A DNA stretch of 64,000 bases from Eledone cirrhosa. Lineage: Eukaryota. The notes beneath the pieces were generated by a model. The model was not told the DNA's origin and did no database searches. It was given only the letters and a program-made list of their open reading frames with translations. Positions 35,926 through 50,662 of the stretch are shown in pieces. Position 1 is the stretch's first letter, and every line of letters starts with the position of its first letter. The stretch spans positions 75,144,001-75,208,000 of the forward strand of contig OZ024743.1 in NCBI GenBank assembly GCA_964016885.1, read 5' to 3'. The position numbers were made by a program, and so were the translations under genes.

Positions 35926-36268
35926 GGGTTAGGGTTATGGTTAGGGTTAGGGTTAGGGTTAGGGTTAAGGTTAGGGTTAGGGTTAGGGTTAGGATTAGGG
36001 GTAGGGTAAGGGTTAGGGTTAGGGTTACGGTTAGGGTTAGGGTTAAGGTTAGGGTTAGGGTTAGGGTTAGTGTTAGGGTTAAGGTTAGGGTTAGGGTTAG
36101 GGTTAGGATTAGGGGTAGGGTTAGGGTTAGGGTTACGGTTAGGGTTAGGGTTAGGGTTAAGGTTAGGGTTAGGGTTAGGGTTAGTGTTAAGTTTAGCGTT
36201 ACGGTTAGGGTTAGGGTTAAGGTTAGGGTTAGGGTTAGTGTTAAGGTTAAGTTTAGGGTTAGGGTTAG
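35926..36268 (+). repeat. Interstitial telomeric (TTAGGG)n with variants
   Basis: About 57 hexamers including TTAAGG, TTACGG, TTAGTG and TTAGGA variants. Confidence 0.95.
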
Positions 36269-37540
36269 TATCAGTAACGTATTTAAAAGGTGAGCATTAA
36301 ACAACAAACTCGGAGTTATGTGTTGAGATAAAACGATATTCTTGGAAGATTGATATTATTTTTCAGTTTGGGGGCAAGCCGTACTCTTTCGGTTTTAGTC
36401 GTACTCTATAAAGGAAGCTTAGCTTCCTCCGTACTTACTGAAGTAGTGAAGAAGGAATCACATAGTAGAGGTACCCGATTGTCAGGGTTAGAATTTGACC
36501 TTGCAGGGCCTAGGACACTTCAGGTTGGGGGACCCTTAAAATTAGAATACACAGCAATCGCCCCTAATTTTACATATCAAAGTTAGCTTGGCGCAAGTAA
36601 TTGGAATTGAAAAGTTATACATACAGGTATTAAATTCAAAAATTCTAACCATCCTAAAACTAAAAAGCCTAGTTGAGAGCACAAATATACTGCTTCGACC
36701 ATCGCTGGTGAGACCCGCCCCCCTCACACACACACACACACACACACACAGCTGGGAGCCCGAAGCAATTACCCCCTTTTCCCCCCAGCAGCCCTGATCA
36801 AGGCATCAAATTCTTGCTTGTATACACAAAAGCTGAAGATATACACAAACAAATGTATATCTTTGTCACTTCTTATTTAGAGGTAAGAGGAAATTAATTT
36901 TTCTACACTATCCGGCCCTGACTATTGGTTGGTCCAGAAACATGGAATTGTTTCAACATCTTCATCACCACCATTTAATGTATGTTTATTAGAGAATAAT
37001 TAATTTGGAAACACTGATTGGTCTCTATCACGTCCAGAATTGTAATGGTTCGAATCAAACACAATAAAATATTATAAATATATAGAAAATATATAGAAAA
37101 ACAGAAAGAAAAAAAAGAAAGAAAATGTTCATTTAACTCCTGCACTAATACGAAACAGATCAATTGCTTAACATTTCAGAGATTAAATTATGCATCAATG
37201 AGTTACCAGCTTTATTGATTTCTAGGAAAGGGAGAAATGAATATTATAGTTTTCTTTCATATCTTTTCCAGTTGCGTTAACGATGTGAGCCAAGTGAAAA
37301 AGCTATTACGAATGGAGATAGTAGTAAATTGAAGCCAGTGTACAGTGTACAGTGGAATACTACACCAAATAAACTTAAATAGTATTACTACCAGTAATAT
37401 AATGAAAGTAATGTTTTATCCAGTATATTTCAACACGATATTTCATGGCTATTACCCTCTTTTCAAATGTGGAGCTGGACATTTCAAAACAAAACGAATG
37501 ATTGATGTGTTATTCCTTAACTGGTCTACGTGTCTGAAAT

Positions 37541-37900
37541 AATTGTTTCTACTTTTGGCACAAGGCCAGCAATTATCCAGTACATTACTGGTACTTTATT
37601 TTATCGACCTCGTAAGGATGAAAGGCAAAGTTAACCTCGGCGGGATTTGAACTCAGATCGTAAAGGGACGTAATGGAAAACATGTCCGACCCTCTACCGA
37701 TACTGCCAATTCACTGAAATAATTGTTTCTATTTTAGGCTCAAGGCCAGCAATTACTCAGTACATTACTGGTACTTTATTTTATCAACCCCGTAAGGATG
37801 AAAGGCAAAGTTAACCTCGGCAGGATTTGAACTCAGATCATAAAGGGATGTAACTCTATGCTTCAAAGCATGGTGTCCGACTCTCTACCGATACTGCCAA
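37541..37900 (-). mobile_element. Two tandem SINE copies
   Basis: Same motifs as 485-1096. Confidence 0.88.
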
Positions 37901-38147
37901 TTAATAGCTCTACAGAATTAAAACAGTTATGGTCAGTTTATCAAGCTGTTTTATAAGCAATATAGATTTACTTAATAGCTCTACAGAACTAAAACAGTTA
38001 TGGTCAGTTTATCAAGCTGTTTTATAAGCAATATAGATTTACTTAATAGCTCTACAGAACTAAAACAGTTATGGTCAGTTTATCAAGCTGTTTTATAAGC
38101 AATATAGATATACTTAATAGCTCTACAGAACTAAAACAGTTATGGTC
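37901..38147. repeat. 71-bp tandem repeat, about 3.5 units
   Basis: TTAATAGCTCTACAGAA recurs at 37901, 37972, 38043 and 38114. Confidence 0.95.
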
Positions 38148-38629
38148 GTTTATTTTGTTGTGTTATCTTTGCGTGGTTCCTAGCAATGGTTGACTATATT
38201 TATGATATGTCTTATATTGTGAGGTTCCTGGCAATAATTAATTGTATTTATTATGTTTATATTTGTGTTTATATTTTTAGAGCCTATCATCCCCTTCTGC
38301 CTCTCTTTCATCTGTGGCTCAAGTGTATTGCTTTTTTCCTCCCTTTCCTCTCATTATGATATTTATAATCCTTTCCTCTACTTCTCCATACAGTCAGATC
38401 TGCTCTTCTTTACCCCTTACCCCTTTTATAATTACTTAATTTTGTTTTTATCTCTCTTTTTCATATTAATGTAATTATCAATGGTTTTTAAGACAATTTT
38501 GTGAGTGAAACACAAGATTTGTAATGTTATTTATACAACTGGGAATAAAATGAACATCTTCCCATTTGTAATGTCATACAAATGTTAATAAAATAAAAAG
38601 ATTGTGAACTTCTGTCTGTGTTTAAAACC

Positions 38630-38935
38630 TTCTTCTTCTTCTTCTTCTTCTTCTTCTTCTTCTTCTTCTTCTTCTTCTTCTTCTTCTTCTTCTTCTCTCA
38701 CTTATTCCTGAGAGGGTCGTAGAGGGAAGAGTACTCAAACATTCCTTCCAGCGGGTCCTGTCAAATACAACCATCTCCAACCGATCCGGCTAGATCCCCA
38801 AGCAAGACCAGCCAAGCTCATGGATGTTATCTTACTCGGGATCTAACCCTGGGTCTCCGGCCAGTTAGTTTTGCCTGTAAAATCTGTCCAGCGATTCTTT
38901 CCTGAGCCATTCTAACCACGTGCTCATAGTATCGG
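38630..38935 (-). mobile_element. RTE-like 3' fragment with (GAA)n tail
   Basis: Same family as 22584-23015. Confidence 0.8.
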
Positions 38936-39190
38936 AGGAACCACTGAATTAAATAAAACTGAGAACTTCTCTAATGAAAATATTTTTTTACAATCACTTC
39001 TCTTCGTCTCACATATTGTTTCTAATCAGTGGCATGCAGAGATTAGTATATCCACGGATTAGTAGTTTTATATGTTAAGAAGAGGAGTTAATAAGATAAA
39101 CCAGAGACTGGTATTAAATCGGATTAACTATCGATGAGAAAGAGGCTGTCGTTATGGTGCATATATATATATTCTTTTTATCAGTCTTGA

Positions 39191-39690
39191 AGGCGCGTGG
39201 CTTAGTGGTTAGAGCATTGGGCTTGAAATCGTTACGTTGTGAGTTCGATTCTCGGACCTGGTGATGTGTTGTGTCCTTGAACAAGACACTTTATTTCCCA
39301 TTACTCCAGTTTACTCAGCTGTAAAAATGAGTTGCGACGTCATTGATGCCAAGCTGAATCGGCCATTGCCTTTTCCTCGGACAACATCGGTGGCGTGGAG
39401 AGGGGAGACTGGTATCAGTGCTGGGTTTATCATTGTGCTTAGGTGTGCTTAAGAACACGTCCCCGTTAGCCAGGGGAGCCCATCTTCCTGCCCAAAAAAT
39501 TTTTTAACGATGAATTTTTCAAATGTTTTTCAAATGTAAGGGGCCTCATAACTTAACTAGCACGGGGCTTCATTTGTCCTAAATCCGACACTGACTGGTA
39601 TGCATGGGCGACAGCTGGTCTTCCATAAACAACTTTTCCCAAAACTTGTGTCTCGGAGGGGGAATTTTCTAGGCCCAAATCCATGGTCAT
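39191..39690 (+). mobile_element. tRNA-derived SINE interrupted by a MITE
   Basis: TGGCTTAGTGGTTAGAG (A box), GAGTTCGATTC (B box), GTGTCCTTGAACAAGACACTT. Confidence 0.8.
39416..39593. mobile_element. hAT-family MITE
   Basis: TIRs CAGTGCTGGGTTTA / TAAATCCGACACTG; exact 8-bp TSD ACTGGTAT at 39408-39415 and 39594-39601. Confidence 0.88.
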
Positions 39691-39854
39691 CAAATTTTTT
39701 ATCTATCATTCAGATCTTGGTCCTAGCTAAACCGAGTCACTTTACACAATGAATCTACTTTCACCTGCAGAAGAAAACCAGCTCAGATCTGTTGGTTTGT
39801 TCCACCACCACCTTTTTCTTTTCTTTCTTTCGCTCTAGTCATATATATTGGTGT

Positions 39855-40970
39855 GTTATTGTTGTGAGGTTCCCAGCAATAGTTGATTGTATTTATTATA
39901 TATGTTATAGTTGTGAGGTTCCTAGCAATAGTTAGTTGTATTTATTATATATGTTATAGTTGTGAGGTTCCTAGCAATAGTTAGTTGTATTTATTATATA
40001 TGTTATAGTTGTGAGGTTCCCAGCAATAGTTAGTTGTATTTATTATATATGTTATAGTTGTGAGGTTCCTAGCAATAGTTGACTGTATTTATTATATATG
40101 TTATATTTGTGAGGTTCCTAGCAATAGTTGACTGTATTTATTATATATGTTATAGTTGTGAGGTTCCTAGCAATAATTAGTTGTATTTATTATATATGTT
40201 ATATTTGTGAGGTTCCTAGCAATAGTTAGTTGTATTTATTATATATGTTATAGTTGTGAGGTTCCTAGCAATAGTTAGTTGTATTTATTATATATGTTAT
40301 ATTTGTGAGGTTCCTAGCAATAGTTGACTGTATTTATTATATATGTTATAGTTGTGAGGTTCCTAGCAATAGTTAGTTGTATTTATTATATATGTTATAG
40401 TTGTGAGGTTCCTAGCAATAGTTAGTTGTATTTATTATATATGTTATATTTGTGAGGTTCCTAGCAATAGTTGACTGTATTTATTATATATGTTATAGTT
40501 GTGAGGTTCCTAGCAATAGTTAGTTGTATTTATTATATATGTTATATTTGTGAGGTTCCTAGCAATAGTTGACTGTATTTATTATATATGTTATAGTTGT
40601 GAGGTTCCTAGCAATAGTTGACTGTATTTATTATATATGTTATAGTTGTGAGGTTCCTAGCAATAGTTGACTGTATTTATTATATATGTTATAGTTGTGA
40701 GGTTCCTAGCAATAGTTAGTTGTATTTATTATATATGGTATAGTTGTGAGGTTCCTAGCAATAGTTAGTTGTATTTATTATATATGTTATAGTTGTGAAG
40801 TTTCTAGCAATAGTTGACTGTATTTATTATATATGTTATAGTTGTGAGGTTCCTAGCAATAGTTGACTGTATTTATTATATATGTTATAGTTGTGAGGTT
40901 CCTAGCAATAGTTAGTTGTATTTATTATATATGGTATAGTTGTGAGGTTCCTAGCAATAGTTAGTTGTAT
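39855..40970. repeat. 49-bp minisatellite, about 23 units
   Basis: TGTGAGGTTCCTAGCAATAGTTAGTTGTATTTATTATATATGTTATAGT; two degenerate related units at 38160-38260. Confidence 0.97.
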
Positions 40971-41117
40971 CTGTATGTGTTATACTTATGTTTATATTTT
41001 CATTCTGAAAGAACTGTATGCAATTTGTAATGTTATTTATGTATATATTTAAAACAAATAAATTCCATCCTTTAAACTTCTTCCCTGCAGGAGTTAATAA
41101 ACACCTCACATATTTAA

Positions 41118-41216
41118 TATGGCTTACCTTCTATATGGCTTACCCTTCTATATGGCTTACCCTTCCATATGGCTTATCCTTCCATGTGGCTTATCTTCCA
41201 TGTGGCTTGCCCTTCT
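41118..41216. repeat. 16-17-bp tandem repeat, 6 units
   Basis: ATATGGCTTACCCTTCY. Confidence 0.85.
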
Positions 41217-41884
41217 TTCTACAACCTCTACAAAAGTTTTTCTCCCTCCCTCGCTTTCCAGATTCGATATCCTCTTTTCCTGCTTTTTGGTTTTATTTAG
41301 TTGTATTTTTTTACGTTTATGGGCATAAGTACGTGGACAAAAGCTCTGGGAACGTGATTCGTCCACGGTTTTGGCCGACATCCCCTCACACACATACACA
41401 CGTACACATACATACACACATACACACATACACATACATACACACATACACACATACACATATACACATACACACATACACATACAAATTCACACATACA
41501 CATACATACATATATACACACACACGCATACACACACGCACACATACATACATACATACATACATACATACATACATACACATACACACACACATACACA
41601 CACCAACATACACACATACACATACACACACACATACACACACAAATACACACACATACACATACATACACACATATATACACACACACATACATAAACA
41701 CACACACGCACACGCACACACATGCACACGCCAAGTAATTCGCTTTCTGACACTCCCATCTTTTTACTATACTTTTTACTCTCCTCCTTATTCTTCACTA
41801 TTTTCCCTCACTGCCTCCTCCTCTCTCTCTTTCTCTCTAACTATCTATCTCTCTAACTATCTCTCTCTCTCTCTCTCTCACTCA

Positions 41885-42021
<137 letters not shown>

Positions 42022-42189
42022 CCGGTAATAGACAATAATTAAATATATAAATAAATGCCATTGTTAAATAATAAATAAATCAACTAATACCTTAACACTT
42101 CACACAAAGTAAAACATTTCGTTTTAATCATTTTCTAACCCAGAAAAAAGAGAGAGAGAGACAAAAAATAATCGTCTCTTTCTCCCTGT

Positions 42190-42223
<34 letters not shown>

Positions 42224-42227
<4 letters not shown>

Positions 42228-42600
42228 GTTTCTACTTTAGGCACAAGGCCAGCAATTACCCAGTGCATTACTGGTACTTTATTTTATCGACCCCGTAAGG
42301 ATGAAAGGCAAAGTCAACCTCGGCGGGATTTGAACTCAGATCGTAAAGGGACGTAACTATGCTGAAAAGCATGGCGTCCGACCCTCCACCGATACTGCCA
42401 ATCCACCGTTATTATATATATTTGGCAGTATCGGTAGAGGGTCGGACGCCATGCTTTCCAGCATAGTTACGTCCCTTTACGATCTGAGTTCAAATCCCGC
42501 CGAGGTTGACTTTGCCTTTCATCCTTACGGGGTCGATAAAATAAAAGTACCAGTAATGCACTGGGTATTTGTTGGCCTTGTGCCTAAAGTAGAAACAATT
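42224..42600. mobile_element. Head-to-head inverted pair of SINEs
   Basis: 42224-42402 is nearly the exact reverse complement of 42423-42600. Confidence 0.92.
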
Positions 42601-42639
42601 ATATATATATGTATTATATATATATATATATATATATAT

Positions 42640-43537
<898 letters not shown>

Positions 43538-43980
43538 AATGGCTTCTACAGGACTAGAACTGTTTCATTCGGGAGAAATCATCTAGTCCTATAGAAGCTA
43601 TTTCTATATTAAATATGACTACTCCATTACCAAAGGTTTCTGGATCGCAGACAATAATAATATACGTCTGGTAGGACAGAGATGTTATAGATAAAAGATA
43701 TGAAATGAGATTTATAATCTGTTAAAAATTGCAAGTGAGGCTGGAAAAATAACAGGAAATATACATAAGCCTCACTTCCAATTTTTTACAGATTCTAAAT
43801 CTTATTTCATATCTTTTATCTATAACATCTCTGTCAGACGACCGATCCAGACGTATATTATTATCGTCTGTGATCCAGAAACCTTTGGTAATGGAGTAGT
43901 TATATTTTGTGTTGTTCAATTTCTAATTAAATAGCTCTGTTCTATACATAGAGCACTCTTTTCTTTCTTTCGGAATTACC

Positions 43981-44051
<71 letters not shown>

Positions 44052-44102
44052 ATCTATGTTGTTAATTTTACTGAGGGGGAAGATATGAATTTTAAAACAC
44101 AA

Positions 44103-44184
<82 letters not shown>

Positions 44185-44191
<7 letters not shown>

Positions 44192-46630
44192 TTAAGTATC
44201 GAGAGAGAGAAAATGGAAAGATAAGCGATACATATATTTAGTTGCCAATAGTTTGTGCAAATGTGCTCAATACTTGTGCCTACAGGTTTAAATATTAGAA
44301 GCGTTAATATTTAATGGGCGAGAAAATAAGCAGAGCGGTTACAAAAGAAATGAATACAAAGGAGTAAATACCGTTAAAACATGTTTATATAACAATGCAC
44401 CTACGTACGTTTCGCCCAGAACGAGCTTCTCAAGGGCATAGAAAACAAAAATAGGATCAGTACGCGACCCAGGAGGGGTTTTAAGGTTAAATTCACATCA
44501 GAGTTCATTGTTCGTTTGAGTACATGTGTTGTTAATCTCGCAGAGCAGGGGGAGCAACTCTGGCCGCTGCTTGGATAATCTTGTCCCCCTGGCTTTTATA
44601 TCCGTTCACATTATGGTGTTTTGCGTTATTATTTTGAGGGCGCTGCTTCACTAATGCCGGTTCGAACCGGGTCTGGGATGCATATTTAGTTCACAGATGT
44701 TTGTTTACGCCGCCTGCCCACCGGAGTGTTATGGTTTGGGCAGGGGGACCCAGTTTATAGTTTTCACACCGCAGTTGCTTCCCACCCGAAGTAAGACGCT
44801 TGCATTCGGTGCTTACAGTTTATGACTGATTCGGCTCTGCTGTTTATGAGCTCGTGGGATGTTCTTATGATGTAGTAAAGCTCCATGAGGCAAAGCTCGC
44901 ACTTCCTCTTGAAATTGTAGGGTGCAGCCCTACTGACAATATCCCAGCGTGTGGAGAAGCTGATGTTGGCGTCTTTTAATGTAGTGACGTAATTGGCAAG
45001 TGACATGGAGTGTTTTAGTTTTTTGTTCCCGAAAGAGTGGAGATGCGTTCTAAATCTCGTTTTGAACTGACCAGAGGTGGCCCCTATATAGTGTTTAACT
45101 CCACTATGGCTAGTTATGGTGCACCTATAAATAACCCTATCAGTCAGGCAGTTTCCCCTGAGAGGGCAGCCTCCCCTGTCACGACAGTTGCATTTTCTGT
45201 CACGGTCGCTCCTAGTTCCTGAAGTAAAGCTATTACTATTGCTACCTATGTTGTTATCTATGTCTCTATCTCGGTCATTGGTGCTGTTATATATCAAGGC
45301 GTGCGGGGTAGTACCATTATCCCTCCGCACGCTGCAGCCCGTTCCGTTGCCGGTGGGTAACCTGTGCGGGTGGCCAGCATATTCACCAGTCTCGCCTTGG
45401 TTATGTCGGTTTCGTCTGCCGGGGCTGCCACCAACACTATTGGGTGCTGTTAGGGAGACGTTAAGGTTGTTAGTGTTGTTGTCGGGTCTAGATGTATCTG
45501 TGCTAAGGTGCCGTGTTTTGGTGATCTTACTGTGGTTAGTTGCTCCTATGATGTCTGCTAGATTGGGGGTGGTAGAGAAGGATATTTTGATATTGTTCCT
45601 ATTAAGTATTTTCCTGTATCTATGATTAGGAGGGAAATTCTTCTCTAAGGCTTCGAAGAATATCCTCGGTAGGTCGGAGGCCACACTCCGAGAGTAGGAG
45701 GGGGGGAACCAAAGGACATTACGGTGGCGTTTCCGCTTTACCGTGGGTTTGCTACAGGTTGTGCTTCCTAGTTGGTTGTCCTTATGGTTGTTACGGTGCC
45801 GTAGCCAGTTATGCGTCCCCTTCGCTTTATGTTCCGGTGGTCGCGCCTTCCTTCCGTTATTTTTATGTGTGGCTAGACGCCGGTTGGAGGGCGTTGGTAA
45901 AAGGCCACCGTCGTTACTAATCTTATAGTTAGGGAATAATTCTAGTAGGCTACAGCGGGTGGCGTTACCAATCTGGTGACCCATACTGTGCTGTAGGTTA
46001 TCTTGGTCGCCACTCATGCAATTAACAGTGCAGCCAAGTTCCTTAGTGTGGTCTCTATACTATAGTTCTTGACTCTGTCTCGGCCGCAGCGTACTCCGTT
46101 ATAGGTATGGCTTACTATAACATTAGTCCTATGTTGGGGGTGGTTTCTAGAGCTAGCGTTAAGGATGTCGGAGATTCTCCGGTTAAATCCGGCATTTAGT
46201 AAGGCCTTATTGTAGTATTCGGCCGCTTGGTTGAAGATATCCTCATTGGCAGAGAGCCTCGAGATCTTATGAGATATGCTATATACTATGGAGTTGAGAG
46301 TAGACTTAGGGTGGTTAGATGCATAGTTTATATAAGACAGAATCTCGCTGGGCTTATGGAATGGCTTGTATAGGCCCGTGCTCAACTCCAGGGTTACGTC
46401 CAGGAAGTTGACTGTCTGGTGGTTGAGGTCCATAGTCACGGATAGGCCATACGTCTTTAAGAACCTGTGTATACGCTTGTTAAGGTTCTCTATCCTGCGG
46501 GGGCTATTGTTCCTAACCGTAAATAGGGCATCGTTCCTATATACACATCCCTGTAGGGCCGGTACCTCGTCCCTAAGTCTATGGAGGAGGTATATACCTC
46601 GTCCCTAAGTCTATGAAGGAGGTATATATA
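44185..46630 (-). mobile_element. Penelope-like element, Naiad-type, 5'-truncated
   Basis: YRND (decayed YRDD), VNFLDVTL, SNHP, RKRHRNVLWFPP, CNCRDRGGCPLRGNCL, VIY...YIG (GIY-YIG), CELCLME...CKH; frameshift near 46015; hammerhead-like motif at 44400-44442. Confidence 0.85.
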
Positions 46631-46635
46631 TATGT

Positions 46636-46705
<70 letters not shown>

Positions 46706-47164
46706 CTCTCTTCCTCAACCCCTTCTCACTAACTCTACCTCTTTCTCTCTTCTCCTTCTTCTTCTCTCTCTCTCCCTCTCCCTCTCTCTCTCTCCACCAA
46801 TCCATTTATTCGAGACCATCAGACAATATTCTATGTAATCTCTTACAAAAAAGTCATGCCTTAAACCTTACGTTTCTCCTCTACCTCATGGTACAACAAT
46901 TTATTCAACATTGGAACAGATTGAATTCTTTATTTACCAGTTTAGAACAACACTAGATTTTTTATGTTCTACCGTTTGTCTTGTGTATCAAGGTAAATTG
47001 CCTTTGGAAGACGATCAATGGCTGGCTCAAGAACGAGTTTAACAGCAACAATAACAAGCTACACTTGGTCCATTTGTGAACAAACCAAACCTTGATGGTT
47101 TATAAGATTAGTACAAGAGGTGGCAAGACAGACAATTAAACCAAACCGATACTTGAGCAATGCT

Positions 47165-47300
47165 ATTTATTTTATCGACTCAGGAAAAAATGAAAGACAA
47201 AATTGATTCCGGTGAGATTTGAATTGATGCCATAAATTACTGGCTAAACACCTCGACGGCATTTTCTCCAGCAAGCTTCCTGGTCTATTATCAACTGCCT
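47165..47300 (-). mobile_element. Diverged SINE fragment
   Basis: TTTTATCGAC...ATGAAAGACAAA...GATTTGAA. Confidence 0.6.
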
Positions 47301-47342
47301 TCATATATACATGTGTGTGTGTGTGTATAATATATATATTAT

Positions 47343-47412
<70 letters not shown>

Positions 47413-47523
47413 CGTTACACACTTAAATATAAATGCATGTATATATATACAAATGTATAAATGCATAGCTATATACATAAATGTATGTATATATGTATGT
47501 ATGTATGTATGTAGATTTATATG

Positions 47524-47595
<72 letters not shown>

Positions 47596-47596
47596 G

Positions 47597-47682
<86 letters not shown>

Positions 47683-47950
47683 ATTTATATATATATATCT
47701 ACATACATATATACATACATTTACGTATGTATATAGCTATGCATTTATACATGTGTATATATACATGCATTTATATTTAAGTGTGTAAGGATGTTGATAT
47801 GATCTATGTCTCCTTTTTTGGGTAAGGAGAACATTTTTGTCGCCAGATTTTATTACCTAGGGAGATTAAATACAACACTTCTGTCTGAAAGCCGACCAGT
47901 AATACACTGGGATAATTGCTGGCATTGTGCCAAAAGTAGAAACAATTATT

Positions 47951-48035
<85 letters not shown>

Positions 48036-48688
48036 GAGGGTCATGTTGCCAATAAGAAACACACGCACCAGTTGCTTTCACTTCAATTTATTATAAATTA
48101 AATTTATAAATTTAAGAATTTATAAATTTCCGGTTGGTTGGTTGGCTGGTTCCACAACCAGACGATTGTTCATATATTGTCAAAGTTCTTTCGTCACACA
48201 TTCTGTGACCTCTTCAGTGACTGGGGATTCTTTTCTTTATTTTTGTGCTTCTCCTTTGTTCTTTCCTACGCCATCTTGTTTTTGTGTGTGTTGTGTGCTT
48301 AGTTTCCGCATGTGTTACATCCGGGTGTCTATGTGTGTTTATATTTGTTTATTTACATGTTACTTGTTGGTTGTTTGTTCTGTGTGTGTGTGTTTTCATT
48401 TTGTCCTTAATTGTAAGTTGTGATGTTGTTATTCCATTCATGTTTTCTATTTAATTTTGGTTGGAGTTTATTTATGTTTATTGCCTCTGTGATTTGTCTA
48501 TATATATATATATATATCCAGGAAGCTCCAACCGCAAAAGGTTGTCTTTTTTCCAGGTATGTCAATATTTATTTATAAAACAAATCTGTATTTTATCTGA
48601 TGAAAGCGCACCATAATTTGCCTTGGTTGCCCTTGAAATATATATAATAAAATAAATATGGTTTTATAAATATAGTTTCCATTTATTA

Positions 48689-48734
<46 letters not shown>

Positions 48735-48735
<1 letters not shown>

Positions 48736-49847
48736 GTTAGAATATGTGTAATAAGGCCAAGACGATGCAGATATGGACATAGAAAAAAGAATGCAATAGT
48801 GAAAGATATTGATGAGAATTCGTCTTTCACCTTGAATTTATTTAAATGTCCTTAATTTTCGAGATAATATCTCTTCTTCGGAGGGAAGTAAAAGTCTCAG
48901 ACCAGCGTCTAAATTTCCAATGAAGCCATGCTGACCGGAAATAGTATAGAGTTCTAACTTTAATATCAAAGAATTAAAATTAGGTGGGTAAAGAGTAGTC
49001 TCCCTTTAAGAGGGGTTTGTTTATGTTTTTGTTGTGTTTTTTTAAATTTTATATGCGTGCCTGTATATGTGTGTGGGAGAAAGCATGAAGGTGTAGGTAT
49101 GTGGGTGTGTGTGTGTGAGTGTGGGAAGATAGGTCTAATCGTAAAAGTGGGGGGTAGGTGTTATCTGGTGTTAGAACTGGTTTTGTGTGTGTATGTGTGA
49201 GAGAGAATAAGTGGAGGTGTGCGCGTGCGTGTGTGTGGGGTGTGTAAAGTGGGGCTAGAGGCCCTATCAGGTTATAAATTGGGTGTTGAGCTCTAGTCTA
49301 TTATTGATTGGTGGATGTGTTCTATCTATAATGAGTGCTTCCTTGATTCTAAGATTGCCGAGGTTTCTTTCCTTAGTTTCTATCCTAACTGTTATGTTTT
49401 TATCAGTGTTTTTGCATTTAACTAGGTGTTTCTTAAATGAGGAAGCGTTAGTATTGAGGTGTTCTTTTATTCTTATGTGGAGTGGTCTGGTGGTGCTACC
49501 TACGTAGAAGTTGTTGCATTTGTCACACTCTAGTCTGTAAACTACGTAAGCCTGGTGGCATAGGTCTATGTCGTTGATGGGGCAGTTGGCTAGTCTGCAG
49601 CAGTTGTCATGTCTGGTGGAGTGTCTCTTAGCTAGCCGTCCACGCAAAGAAGGACCCGAATGGGCCAGTTGAATATCCAGACCTTCTCGTCTGATGGCTC
49701 TGCGGATGGCTGTTGTTGTTTCTTCACTGAAGTGTGGGAGCTTCAGGAAGCAAGTGTTAGTGCCTCGGTGTGGTGTCCTCTGTTCTTTCTGGCACGGTTT
49801 GTGGTGGATGTCGTGTATCCGTTCAGTTTGAGTACTATAACCTCCTC

Positions 49848-49850
<3 letters not shown>
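48735..49850 (-). mobile_element. Penelope-like element 3' fragment (GIY-YIG endonuclease and pLTR)
   Basis: YVVYRLECDKCNNFYVGSTTRPLHIRIKEH...KEALII...PPINN; hammerhead-like CCGAAGA-A-GAGAT/ATCTC-GAAA at about 48850-48882; (TA)n on both sides. Confidence 0.85.
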
Positions 49851-49921
<71 letters not shown>

Positions 49922-49975
49922 CGGCGATGAATTAGTTTTGCGAGGTTTTTTATATGAAATCGTGTGTCGAAACAA

Positions 49976-50330
49976 ATATTGTTATACTTGGGGAGGGTCA
50001 TATTTGTGTAATATTGCCAGAATTAATAACAGAATTATAGACAGACTAAATAAAAATGGCGTAGACATACAATGTAACGGGAGGAAACAATAGCACCACT
50101 GACGATGTTGCAGATGTGCAACGAAAGAACTTTGATAAACTATATATATGTGTTTGTATCTACATTGTATCTGTATTATTTTTGACCGTCGGTCAGTCAA
50201 TGGCAACATTGAGGACCGAATAAATTAGATTACCGATATAAAAGACACAGAAGCGAAAACCAACCAAACAGTGAGTGTGTTCTGTTATTAATTCTGGCAA
50301 TATTACACAAATATGACCCTCCCCAAGTAT

Positions 50331-50338
<8 letters not shown>
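49976..50338. mobile_element. Element with ~60-bp terminal inverted repeats and an internal hammerhead-like motif
   Basis: ATATTGTTATACTTGGGGAGGGTCATATTTGTG... is exactly inverted at 50280-50338; CTGACGA-T-GTTGCA/TGCAAC-GAAA at 50099-50126. Confidence 0.7.

Positions 50339-50662
<324 letters not shown>

Noticed and set aside
35926-36268. True chromosome end
   Set aside because: Short, degenerate and flanked by ordinary sequence on both sides.
36483-36796. Possible CAGGG...CCCTG MITE
   Set aside because: Only 5-bp terminal symmetry and no TSD.
32480-39260. tRNA-like A/B boxes near 32490-32550 and 39195-39255
   Set aside because: No cloverleaf found, and both continue into SINE bodies.
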